Position numbers and translations under genes: made by a program. The notes under the pieces are model-generated. The model searched no databases and was not told the DNA's origin. It saw only the letters and a list, made by a program, of their open reading frames with translations. From the human T2T-CHM13v2.0 reference genome, Homo sapiens: a DNA stretch of 64,000 bases. Each line of letters opens with the position of its first letter. Positions within the stretch are counted from its first letter, which is position 1. Location of the stretch: the NCBI RefSeq assembly GCF_009914755.1, contig NC_060936.1, one strand, 5' to 3'. Of this stretch, positions 1 to 14,199 are shown in pieces.

Positions 1-80
1 GAGATCGCACCACTGCACTCCAGGCTGAGTGACACAGTGAGACTCCGCCTCAAAAAAACAAAAAACAAAAAAAAAAAAAC
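1..80 (+). mobile_element. Alu 3' end (truncated by window)
   Basis: gagatcgcaccactgcactccag...A-tail. Confidence 0.95.
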
Positions 81-254
81 CCCAAAATTCGGCTTTGTTA
101 ATTGTGATATCAATTTGTTCCAAAAAGAAAACCAGTCTGGCTTCTTGAGAGGATTATATTTTAGAGTTTCCTGATTAAATACATCTTCTTAAGCTACATT
201 TTTTTAAACTAAGTTTTGTAGATTTTGTTTGAGATTATAAGACATATATTCATT

Positions 255-549
255 GTTGGGTGTGGTGGCTCATGCCTGTAATCCCAGCACTTTGGGAGGC
301 TGAGGTGGGTGGATCACAAGGTCAGGAGTTTGAGACCAGCCTGGCCAACGTGGTGAAACCCCGTCTCTACTAAAAATACAAAAGTTAGCTGGGCATGGTG
401 GCGCGTGCCTGTAATCCCAGCTACTCGGGAGGCTGAGGCAGGAGAATTGCTTGAACCTGGGGAGGTGGAGATTGCAGTGAGCCGAGATTTCGCCATTGCG
501 CTTTCAGCCTGGGTGACAGAGTAGAACTCTGTCTCGGAAAAAAAAAAAA
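255..549 (+). mobile_element. AluS
   Basis: Dimeric Alu with TSD acatatattca (242-252 / 551-561). Confidence 0.95.
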
Positions 550-1073
550 TACATATATTCAGTCTTCATCGTGATCCTTAATGGAATACACACTGCATCC
601 AGGACACACTGGAAAGATTTTGTTGATTTGCTCCAGAGTTAATAGGTTTGAATATCAGCCATCTAGAAAATTTTCAGTATTCTCAAGTAAAGGCAAAGCA
701 TTGAACCTTGTTTAATGCCCCAACACTGAGGTGACTGACTGTGCTAAGATGACCAGAGTCCAGTGGACCCCTTTCCATTGCTAAGTTTTTCTTAGGGAGG
801 GTCTGGGGATGGAAAGAGTTTCAAGTCAGGTTTAGACAGTGATGGGAATGTTTTGGTCTGGATGCACATGGTATTCCTTCAACGTAGTCCTCAGGCTTTG
901 AGTGGATATGCTAACATGAGGTCTGAGATTGAATAAGAGGGGAAAGGAGGAATAAATTCCACTATGGCAAGTCAGGGACTGTGTGGGCTTCCGAGTTTCC
1001 CTTTTTATTTTGAAAGCTCCAGGCCGGTATTTGGCTCTTCTCAGATGGTATATAAAGCTGGTACTGACTCTAA

Positions 1074-1442
<369 letters not shown>

Positions 1443-1507
1443 TGAGAGATTAGATACCACTTGTTTTTTAGGGATTAGCCACTCTACTAGATTTAATCCT
1501 TCTGAAA

Positions 1508-1539
1508 TCTTGTCTGACTATAGTCTTGTCTGACTATAG
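1508..1539. repeat. 16-bp tandem duplication in GABARAPL1 intron 3
   Basis: tcttgtctgactatag x2. Confidence 0.9.
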
Positions 1540-2520
1540 TGTTTTAATGCTGGACTGTTTATTGAAACAGCAGGAAGTGATTCCTGATAGCAAAAGTTCC
1601 AAAGCGTCAGCCCATCGCAGTTCCTGCTATTCTGGTTGGTAGCATGTAATTTGTAATGCATTCAGAATCCAGTTCATTATTTTACTCCCATTTAGCAACA
1701 GATTGAGAAAGCACGTAATAGTAAAGCCAGCTCCTTCTAACTCTGAGGCCAGCCTCTGCCAACTGAAGGATTCTCCCCACAGTCAGCTTCTTCTATGAAC
1801 TCTGAAGTTTTGGCTTAAGACAACCACATTGATACTAAACAAGGGGAAACTTTTCTTAGAACAAAACTAAAACTGTGAAACAGATTCCACATTATCTGGG
1901 CACAATGAATCAGATAAAATGAAATATAAAATTAAGGCAAAGTCTGTAAATGGATTCATGTCTTAACAGATAAACTCAGGAGGAATAATTTTTATGTGAT
2001 GTGGTTTAATTGGAAATGTCAGAATCTGAGGAAACTATAGTGAAGGACTTTATTATTACTGAAAATATAACCTGGGATTATAACTATTGTTTTTTGCAGT
2101 ATTTTGCATAAGATGCTTCCTTCTCATTGTGCTCCGTTAATGAATTACGTAAACTTCTAATAATCCTGAATCTTTTATTGCATAGCATATATTCCCTGTT
2201 AGTATATGTCCCATTATATATCCATCTGTGGTATCTATGTTCCCCTTGCTAGGAGTGAGCTCTTTAAGAGTGAGGACTGTGCCCTAGTCATCTTCATATC
2301 CCTGATACCTATGTGTAATATGTTTTCAATGAAGGATTTTTGTTTGTGAACTCAGAGCTCAAAGTGTAATTCCAACCACTTCTCCCTATCCTTTGCTCCT
2401 CTTTTAAATGGGGACTAATGATACCTTCCATACCTGCTTTACAAGGTTGTGTGAGGCTCAGCATCTTAGAGCTAATGAATGAATATGTTTTCTAAACTGT
2501 TGTCTTATCTCTTCCCCTAG

Positions 2521-2586
2521 GACAATCATGAGGAAGACTATTTTCTGTATGTGGCCTACAGTGATGAGAGTGTCTATGGGAAATGA
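2521..2586 (+). CDS. GABARAPL1: GABARAPL1 terminal coding exon 4
   Basis: Acceptor cttcccctag|; [24 protein letters not shown], ending in the ATG4-cleaved YG-K motif. Confidence 0.98.
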   Translation, partial: [21 protein letters not shown]

Positions 2587-3862
2587 GTGGTTGGAAGCCC
2601 AGCAGATGGGAGCACCTGGACTTGGGGGTAGGGGAGGGGTGTGTGTGCGCGACATGGGGAAAGAGGGTGGCTCCCACCGCAAGGAGACAGAAGGTGAAGA
2701 CATCTAGAAACATTACACCACACACACCGTCATCACATTTTCACATGCTCAATTGATATTTTTTGCTGCTTCCTCGGCCCAGGGAGAAAGCATGTCAGGA
2801 CAGAGCTGTTGGATTGGCTTTGATAGAGGAATGGGGATGATGTAAGTTTACAGTATTCCTGGGGTTTAATTGTTGTGCAGTTTCATAGATGGGTCAGGAG
2901 GTGGACAAGTTGGGGCCAGAGATGATGGCAGTCCAGCAGCAACTCCCTGTGCTCCCTTCTCTTTGGGCAGAGATTCTATTTTTGACATTTGCACAAGACA
3001 GGTAGGGAAAGGGGACTTGTGGTAGTGGACCATACCTGGGGACCAAAAGAGACCCACTGTAATTGATGCATTGTGGCCCCTGATCTTCCCTGTCTCACAC
3101 TTCTTTTCTCCCATCCCGGTTGCAATCTCACTCAGACATCACAGTACCACCCCAGGGGTGGCAGTAGACAACAACCCAGAAATTTAGACAGGGATCTCTT
3201 ACCTTTGGAAAATAGGGGTTAGGCATGAAGGTGGTTGTGATTAAGAAGATGGTTTTGTTATTAAATAGCATTAAACTGGAATTGACAAGAGTGTTGAGCA
3301 TCCCTGTCTAACCTGCTCTTTCTCTTTGGTGCCCCTTATCTCACCCCTTCCTTGGAATTTAATAAGTCTCAGGCATTTCCAATTGTAGACTAAAACCACT
3401 CTTAGCATCTCCTCTAGTATTTTCCATGTATCAGGAAAGAGGTGTCTTATGTAGGGAGGGGGCAAGTATGAAGTAAGGTAATTATATACTACTCTCATTC
3501 AGGATTCTTGCTCCCATGCTGCTGTCCCTTCAGGCTCACATGCACAGGAATGCTACATGATGGCCAGCTGCTTCCCTCCTTGGTTATCATCCACTGCAGC
3601 TGCTAGTTAGAAAGGTTTGGAGGGATGACTTTTAGTAAATCATGGGGATTTTATTGATTTATTTTCACTTTTGGGATTTTGTGGGGTGGGAGTGGGGAGC
3701 AGGAATTGCACTCAGACATGACATTTCAATTCATCTCTGCTAATGAAAAGGGTTCTTTCTCTTGGGGGAAATGTGTGTGTCAGTTCTGTCAGCTGCAAGT
3801 TCTTGTATAATGAAGTCAATGCCATCAGGCCAAGGAAATAAAATAATTGCTTACCTTAAAAA
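2587..3862 (+). other. GABARAPL1: GABARAPL1 3' UTR (~1.3 kb)
   Basis: Unique, repeat-free sequence from the stop codon to AATAAA at 3837-3842, with a U/GU-rich downstream element at ~3881-3900. End position approximate. Confidence 0.9.
3837..3842 (+). terminator. GABARAPL1: GABARAPL1 polyadenylation signal
   Basis: AATAAA followed ~40 nt later by gttgcctttattttgtatgt. Confidence 0.88.
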
Positions 3863-4075
3863 TCCACTGAGTTCAGCAATGTTGCCTTTATTTTGTATGT
3901 ATTAGAATAGATGATATGTGGACTCTCTGAACAAAAGAACTAAGTGGGGAAAGCTGTTAGTGATGAATGTTCACATATGGTCAGACCCATATATGTTTAC
4001 TCAGTTCTTTAGTGAGCAGGAGGTGCTGTTCAAGGGTGAATGTTATGCTGGGGCAGTGTGCCTGCTGCGTTGGTG

Positions 4076-4114
<39 letters not shown>
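4076..4114. repeat. (GT)n(GA)n microsatellite
   Basis: Direct inspection. Confidence 0.95.
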
Positions 4115-4214
4115 CTTTTTCTCCTCCAAAGATAAGTGCATCGTCACTGTTCTATGTGTTTCTGAAAGCTGAAGGTGGAAGACTGCCTACGTAGAGGTAA
4201 GGGGTGGGCTGTGC

Positions 4215-4340
4215 TAATTACAAATGCAGATGTCTAGGCCATCTCCCAGATTTAGCTGACTCAGAATCTCAGCGTTAGGTGTCTAATTTTTAACAAGCTC
4301 CTGATATGACTGCTGCACACTGAAGTTTGAGCGTCATTGC
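4215..4340. mobile_element. MER5A-like hAT MITE fragment
   Basis: aaatgcagat...tcagaatctc...ttttaacaagctcc...gaagtttgag motifs. Confidence 0.55.
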
Positions 4341-5245
4341 TTTTTGCACCAGGTTTTGCTGTAGGTCCCAACCACACCTTACTCTCTCCATCACAACTTG
4401 GTCAGTCTGAAGCCACCATCTCCCAAAGCAGCAAATAGCACCTAGGCAAGGCTCCCGGCATCAGAACAAGCTTGGTGTCTTCTGACCATATGAAAGTCTT
4501 GTTCAGTTATTCAGGAACGAATATGTGGGTGGGCTTTGAGCATGCAAGTTAAATGAGAGAATGGAAAACAGATTAGTGAAAACTTCTTTCATGAAAAACC
4601 TTAAGACCCATCTCTAACCCTCTCTAATCTCTTGCAGTCATATCCCCAAGTGATGTCTACCTCTGTAGAGAGTTAGGGAATATATCAAGGTCACCAAAAA
4701 GGAAGTAGGAAGTTATAAAAGATCCATGCCAAGCAGCACCACATGCAGAAAATTATGTAAGATTACGGAATTTTGATGAAGGCATTGAAAATGGACACTT
4801 GTCCCTAATGACAAAAATATCAAGGTGCTGTTCCCTGATAAAGCCAAAAGGAAGCTAATATTTGAGTTTAAGATGTGAACTGTATTTTGAAACTAACAGA
4901 TTTATCCATGACCTAGGAATGAGACTGGATGAATATTTAAAAGAAAGCAAAAAACACATGGCGGCAGATCCTAACCCTCTGTACACATCTGAAACAGTCC
5001 CTGTAGGGCAAGAGACTGTAGGCCATTGCTAAACCAAAGAGATCGTTTGAATTTAGGGGCTGTGTCTCTCCCAGGTAGGCTTTGCTTATTGTAGGCCTAC
5101 TTCCTGGATTTTCCTAAGGAACAAATTTTGTCCTTGGATAGGACATTACATATCATTTTCGACAAGCTGTCTGATTTTACGAAACAGTGGAGTTTTTAAA
5201 TAACAGCCAAGTTCAGAGGCAAAGTCACACCAGCTGTTGTGGAAG

Positions 5246-6931
5246 TGTGTCCAGAATTGGTGGGTTTTTGGTCTCACTGACTTCAAGAATGAAGCCGCGG
5301 ACCCTCGCGGTGAGTGTTACAGCTCTTAAGGTGGCGTGTCTGGAGTCTGTCCCTTCTGATGTTCAGATGTGTTCGGAGTTTCTTCCTTCTGGTGGGTTTG
5401 TGGTCTCGCTGGCTCAGGAGTGAAGCTGTAGACCTTCGCGGTGAGTGTTAACAGCTTTTAAGGTAGCGCGTCTGGAGTTGTTCGTTTCTCCCGGTGGGCT
5501 CGTGGGCTCGTGGTCTCGCTGGCTTCAGGAGTGAAGCTGCAGACCTTCCCAGTGAGTGTTACAGCTCATAAAAACAGCGTGGACCCAAAGAGTGAGCAGT
5601 AGCAAGATTTATTGCAGAGCAAAAGAACAAAGCTTCCACCTTTTGGAAGGGGACCCAAGCAGGTTGCCAATGCTGGCTGGGGCTGCCTGCTTTTATTCTC
5701 TTATCTGGCCCCAACCACATCCTGCTGATTGGTAGAGCCGAGTGGCCTGTTTTGTCAGGGCGCTGATTGGTGCATTTACAATCCCTGAGCTAGATACAAA
5801 GGTTCTCCACGTACCCATCAGATTAGTTAGATACAGAGTTTCCACACACAGGTTCTCCAAGGCCCCACCAGAGCAGCTAGATACAGAGTGTCCATTGGTG
5901 CATTCACAAACCTTGAGCTAAACACAGGGTGCTGATTGGTGTGTTTACAAACCTTGAGCTAGATACAGAGTGCCGATTGGTGTATTTACAATCCCTGAGC
6001 TAGACATAAAGGTTCTCCAAGGCCCCACCAGAGCAGCTAGATACAGAGTGTCGATTGGTGCATTCACAAACCTTGAGCTAAACACAGGGTGCTGATTGGT
6101 GTATTTACAATCCCTGAGCTAGACATAAAGACTCTCCACGTCCTCACCAGAGCAGCTGGATACAGAGTGTCGATTGGTGCACTCACAAACCTTGAGCTAA
6201 ACACAGGGTGCTGATTGGTATATTTACAATCCCTGAGCTAGATATACTCTCCACATTCCCACTAGACTCGGGAGCCCAGCTGGCTTCACCCAGTGGATCC
6301 CACACCGGGGCTGCAGGTGGAGCTGCCTGCCAGTCCCGCGCCGTGCGCTCGCATTCCTCAGCCCTTGGGTTGTTTGTTCCTTCCCGGTCGATGGGACTGG
6401 GCGCCGTGGAGCAGGGGGTGGTGCTCGTCGGGGAGGCTCGGGCCGCACAGGTGCCCATGGAGTGGGTGGGAGGCTCAGGCATGGCGGGCTGCAGGTCCCG
6501 AGCCCTGCCCCGCGGGAAGGCAGCTAAGGCCCGGCGAGAAATCGAGCGCAGCGCCGGTGGGCCAGCACTGCTGGGGGACCCAGTACACCCTCCGCAGCCA
6601 CTGGCCCGGGTGCTAAGTCCCCCATTGCCCCGGGCCAGCAGGGCTGGCTGGCTGCTCCGAGTGCGGGGCCTGCCAAGTCCACGCCCACCCGGAACTCCAG
6701 CTGGCGCGCAAGCGCCGCACACAGCCCCGGTTCCGCTCGTGCCTCTCCCTCCACACCTCCCTCCAAGCTGAGGGAGTGGGCTCCAGCCTTGGCCAGCCCA
6801 GAAAGGGGCTCCCACAGTGCAGTGGGGGGGCTGAAGGGCTCCTCAAATGCCACCAAAGTGGGAGCCCAGGCAGGGGAGGTGCCGAGAGCAAGCGAGGGCT
6901 CTGAGGACTGCCAGCATGCTGTCACCTCTCA
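5246..6931 (-). mobile_element. solo LTR12 (LTR12C-like, HERV9/ERV9 LTR)
   Basis: Minus-strand ends TGAGAGGTGACAGC...GGACACA, tandem CCAAT-containing U3 repeats (~5720-6245), CpG-rich 5' U3. Flanks gaag/gcag form an imperfect 4-bp TSD. Confidence 0.95.
5660..5735 (-). promoter_or_regulatory. LTR12 core promoter (CCAAT, GATA, AATAAA-type TATA)
   Basis: On the minus strand, CCAAT (5728-5732), AGATAA (5701-5706) and AATAAA (5692-5697), in the order known for ERV9 LTR promoters. Confidence 0.7.
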
Positions 6932-9294
6932 GCAGGCTGGATTGGATTTGGCACTTCTTTACTGAAGGTCAGTTCTTCTCAGCGCCGCTTCCATGTTTTC
7001 TGCTAGTCAAGCTTTTAATGCTTCTTTGTGCCGTCAGGCCATTGTGAGGCTTGTCATGAGCTAAAAGTAGTTTAAGAAGCCCTTCGTTAACCTGGCCCAG
7101 TGTTCCATGTTAAGATTAGTTAGATTGTTAGTTAGATTGGCTTACTCTGATTGACTTGCTTCTCTCTGGGGATAAAGGTTGAATGATGTGTCAAATGAGA
7201 TTAGGGAGGCCAGTATGACATGAACATCAAAGATGAGTGAGTCCTTAGCTCTTCCATACACTTCGGTAGAAAGATTTCAAATATATGTAGGGTAAGCATA
7301 CATCTTAAGTTTGCTAAAGATAGTCTTGAATTATGCCGGTTGTCCTGATTGATTTATTAGTGGTTCCTTATTTCACTGTCACATGACCCCCCCCCCCATT
7401 GGACGAAATATGTGGTCACTCTCTATGTAGTATAAACATTGAAGCCTCTTCCATCAAGAGAGACACAATGCCTGTGCCATCCAGGTTTAGTGCTCCCCAG
7501 TATGGGTCTTACCCTGTCAGGTGGAGGGAGACTAGACAAATCATTCTACTTGTGAATGGCAGTCTATTCTGCTTTTCTTGATTTTTCCCCCAACCCTGAC
7601 TTGTTTTCCTCTTTCAAAGCATTGTGCTTTCAAAGCATTGTTAAATTTTTTTACTGTATTGTGCAATCAGAAGTTAAGATCGCAAAAGAACAAAGCAAAT
7701 TATGATTAATGTACAGTAGTAACCAGGCAGACAAGATCACTGCCTCATGCACTGCCTCATCACTATAAAATATGAATAGAGCCCCCCCAGAGTGGTGCAG
7801 TGCAGTCCCCTGGTCACTGCAGTGGCCCTTTGGACACAAGTCTTGTCAGTTACAGTTGTCTTGAGAGTGTTACACTTATTAAGCTTACAATTCTGCATTC
7901 TATTGGTACTGGTACCATCAGATAGAACAGGTGTGTTGTAATTTTGAAGTGGTGTGTGGAGGGGGGCCATGCATATCCACCTGCCCGTGGGTACAGCATC
8001 AAGTCAGCTGTAATAATGACAAATTCAGTCATTTTGGAAAATGAACTAGTTGATAAATTCATATTAGTTCTTATACAAAATTTGTAATTAACTATTTCTA
8101 GCTGTGGTTTCTTTTGGATGTTTTTGCTTTGCCAGATTTAAACAAGCTACAAACATTTATTTAACTTTAGTTATTTTTAGCTGCATGAAACTACCAAATA
8201 TTTCAGAAACAAGTCCATTTTGCCTTTGGTGGTTCTGAGTCCAGGCTGTCTGAGTAATGGAGAATTCCCTCCTCACCTATGCCCACTGCCCAGCGACCCA
8301 CCCCTTTGTTTACCTTTGATAAGTAGCTGAACAACAACAACAAAAAGTCCACACACACAAATACTAGAATCCCTGTTCCAAAAGCTGTGACTGATGATCT
8401 CAGCTTAGTTACCCTGTGTAGGGCCCTGCCTCATTTTCTTTTCCTTTTTTTTTTTTTCCTCCTGGTTGTGGGCACTTCTTAAGTATATGTACCCATGGCT
8501 AGATTATTTTCAGAGTTTGAAATAACAGGAAGTTATCACCCTTAAAAGTAGTCAAATGACATTTCACTATGCCATTGTGCAGGTGTGCATGTTTTCAACA
8601 GTGACTAACAAAAGACAAGTCATTCTCCTGGTGTGTTTTCATCACGGTGGGGCCATCTATTTCAGTAGTTCTGTTTTCAAAAGCAGTGTATTTAAGACCC
8701 TTAGGACTTCTGTTTAGAAGTACTTAGCTCCTAAAACTTGAATAAAGTGATCCTGAACTTTTGGGTGAGAAGTTGAAACATGTTTTCTATTTTTACACTT
8801 TTAGTAGGCTCAACGTTGCTTCATACCATTCAGTAAAAGAATGATGATGGCTTTATTGCTTCTTTAAGCAATATGCACATGGTATTCAAAGAATAAAAGT
8901 AACAATAAGCCATATTTTACGTGCTAAAATTGGCTAGTTCCTAACCTCCTTCAAGTCTTAGATACTATGTCAAGGAGACCAACTCTGAACATCTCTAATA
9001 TTCAACACCTTCCCCCTACTTCCCTTTCTCCTAGTCATTCTCAACCTTGGTCTTTGTCTGTTTTGCTTCGTAGTGATCATGTAACATAATTTTCTAGTTT
9101 ATTATGTCTTCTCTCTCTAGATCCTGAGGTGCAGGAAGGCAGAAACTTTTTGTGTAGTGATATACAACAATTGGTCAGAACAGTGAATGGCATATGGTTG
9201 GCATTCAAAAATATTGAAATAGTAGTTTTTGATAGGACTGAACCACTAGGCAACTTAAATTATCCAGAAAGACATGTTACAAATAGGCCAGTCA

Positions 9295-9743
<449 letters not shown>

Positions 9744-9843
9744 TCATACATTGTTGCGAACACAAGTAAATCCTTTGCAAACCATTAAATAGCATTCTCA
9801 CATATTAAGATTTATTTTACTTGAAACTGAAATTGCAATAACT

Positions 9844-10182
9844 GGCCAGGCAAGGTGGCTCACGCCTGTAATCCCAGCACTTTGGGAGGCCGAGGTGGAA
9901 GGATCACCTGAAGTCAGGAGTTCGATATCAGCCTGGCCAACATGGTGAAAACCCGTCTGTACTAAAAATACAAAAATTAGCTGGGCACGGGTCATAGTGA
10001 TGGGCGCCTGTAATCCCAGCTACTTGGTAGGCTGAGGCAGGAGAATCTGTAATCCCAGCTACTTGGTAGGCTGAGGCAGGAGAATCGCTTGAACTGGGGA
10101 GGCAGAGATTGTGCCATTGCACTCCAGCCTGGGCGACAAGAGCAAAACTCCATTTCAAAAAAAAAAAAAAAAAGGAAAAAAA
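9844..10182 (+). mobile_element. AluS with internal 39-bp tandem duplication
   Basis: TSD gcaataact; 10009-10047 duplicated at 10048-10086. Confidence 0.92.
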
Positions 10183-10373
10183 GGCAATAACTTAGGCTAG
10201 ATGGCAGAAATCTTTCTGATGGTTTCTCTTTTTTGTTTATTGGTCACAGCAAATGCAGGATGTGGCATGGATCAAGGAAAACAAAGCAGAATATGCCCAA
10301 CTGGATAGCTCAAAAGACGGCTCTGACACTGAGGGGGTCTCTTCCTTTCTGTTAGAGTCTCCTTTAGCACTGA

Positions 10374-10684
<311 letters not shown>

Positions 10685-10833
10685 AAATATTTACTCCTTG
10701 ATTTAACCCACTGCCACTACTAGGACCAGTGGCACTCACTAATTCACCATAAATTGGGTAAACAGTTACCTTGTTTTTATTAATCTTTCTTAAATGTATG
10801 TATAACTCACATTTATTTAAATGTTAAATATTA

Positions 10834-11220
<387 letters not shown>

Positions 11221-11559
11221 TCAATTAGCCTATGATCAAATTAGTTTCATTACATGTTATTTTGCCTAAAGTCATAGTTACCAAGAATCTATTGATGTTA
11301 AGTGAGGACTTACTGTACAGAAAACAGCATTTTAAACACAGTTTTATCTATGCAAATGGAATCTTGAGACTACTAGATAAAGTGTTATGAATGAGAGAAA
11401 TTAACAATCAGTATAAAAATAAGTCTACAATCCAGCATATCTCGGCCTAACAAGGAATGAAGACCTGGGGACCATGATTCGGGTATTTTGTTTGTAACAG
11501 ATTTATTGGGGCCTATCCAAGGAAAAGTTAAAAATGATCCTTTGAGTTTTTAAAATTTT

Positions 11560-12311
<752 letters not shown>

Positions 12312-12601
12312 TGAGCTCCCAAAAACGTCTGATGGCAGAGCCCCACTTCTGCATCACTCTTGGGGAGGACACCGGAGGGTTTGGCATCCATACTTTTAGT
12401 TTTTTTAATTTTTCCCCCCACCGCCCCCTCCCTATGCTATAGGCTCCTTTTTATTGGGGTAAAATTCACATAATGTAAAATTCATGGCATCTTTACTTTT
12501 TACAAGCCTCTTAAGTGATATGTATAGCCAGGGTTGTGGTCGACTCAACTGGGTGCTCTTTGTTTAACAACACATTGGGAACAGTTCTGGAAATAGCCGC
12601 T

Positions 12602-13438
12602 TGTGATGGTTAAGTTTATGTGTCAACTTGACTGAGCTATAGGGATGCCCAGATAGGTAGCGAAACATTATCCGTGGCTGTTTCTGTAAGGGTGTTTCCA
12701 GAAGCGGTTAGCGTTTGAATCAGTAGACCTAGTAAAGAAGATCCTCTCCCACCAATGTAGGCAGGTGTCACTCAATCCATTGAGGGCCTCCATCGAACAA
12801 AAGTTAGAGGGTAGAGAGTCCCTCTTTCTGTCCATGAGCTGGGACATCCACAGCTCCTGGTCTCAGACCTTTAAACTTGGATTGAATTATACCACTGACT
12901 TTCCTGGTTCTCCTGCTTGCAGACAGATGGTGAGGTTTCTCAGACTCCATAAGCCTCCATGAGCCAATTTCTATAAGAATAATAAATCTCTCTCTTTATT
13001 TATATGTAGATATTTATATACATATAGTCTTTATATGCATTTATATCTAGTCATGTGCTACATATAGATATTTCAGTCAATGACAGCCTGTATACATGAT
13101 GGTTATCCCATAAGATTATAACACCATGTTTTTACTGTACCTCTTCTATGTTTAGATATGTTTATATACACAAATACTTACCATTGTGTTCCAATAGCCT
13201 GTGCTGTTCACTCCAGTAATGTGCTGAATGGGTGTGTAGCCTAGGAGCAATAGGCTATACCGTATAGCCTAGGTGTGTAGTAGTTATATCGTCTAGGTTT
13301 GTGTAAATACACTCTATGATGTTCACACAATGATGAAGCCCCCAATAACACATTTCTCCGAACATTTCCCCATCCTTAAGTGACACATGGCTATATATAA
13401 CATTGGTTCTATTTCTCTGGAGAATCTTCACTAATACA
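12602..13438 (+). mobile_element. MLT2 (ERVL) LTR interrupted by Tigger3/MER7
   Basis: Starts tgtgatggttaagtttatgtgtcaacttgact and ends ...ctggagaatcttcactaataca. Confidence 0.8.
13029..13392. mobile_element. Tigger3a/MER7-like DNA transposon nested in the MLT2 TA-rich tract
   Basis: Degenerate terminal inverted repeats (agtcatgtg...cacatggct) and internal cccataagattataa motif. Confidence 0.75.
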
Positions 13439-13487
13439 GAACTCCTCTTCTGAATTTGCCTTATTTTACTTTTAAATAAAATAAGTA

Positions 13488-13786
13488 GTCTGGGCGCGGT
13501 GGCTCACGCCTGTAATCCCAGCACTTTGGGAGGCCGAAGTGGGTGGATCATGAGGTCAGGAGTTCAAGACCAGCCTGGCCAAGATGGTGAAACCCCATCT
13601 CTACTAAAAATACAAAAATTAGCCAGGCGTGGTGGTGGGTGCCTGTAATCCCAGCTACTCGGGAGGCTGAGGCAGAGAATTGCTTGAACCTAGGAGGCGG
13701 AGGTTGCAGTGAGCTGAGATTACACCACTGCACTCCTGCCTGGGTGACAGAGTGAGACTCCGTCTCAAAAAAAAAAAAAAAAAAAA
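13488..13786 (+). mobile_element. AluS
   Basis: Full dimer. Confidence 0.92.
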
Positions 13787-13877
13787 GAAGAATATAATTC
13801 TTGCCAGATCCATATTTCCTTCTCCATCAATGTTTGTTTTGCAGTGCTGCAGAAATTAAGATAATCTTAATTGATAG

Positions 13878-14190
<313 letters not shown>

Positions 14191-14199
14191 ATTTCATTA

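Noticed and set aside
5720-6245. Regularly repeated units resembling a CRISPR-like or novel array
   Set aside because: These are the known tandem CCAAT-containing enhancer repeats of LTR12 U3, in a human genomic context.
6183-6925. Several long overlapping ORFs (up to 210 aa)
   Set aside because: They lie in the GC-rich U3 of LTR12C; stop-poor repeat sequence with no protein family signal.
7780-7830. Partial CTCF-like sequences
   Set aside because: Several mismatches in the core; too weak to call from sequence alone.
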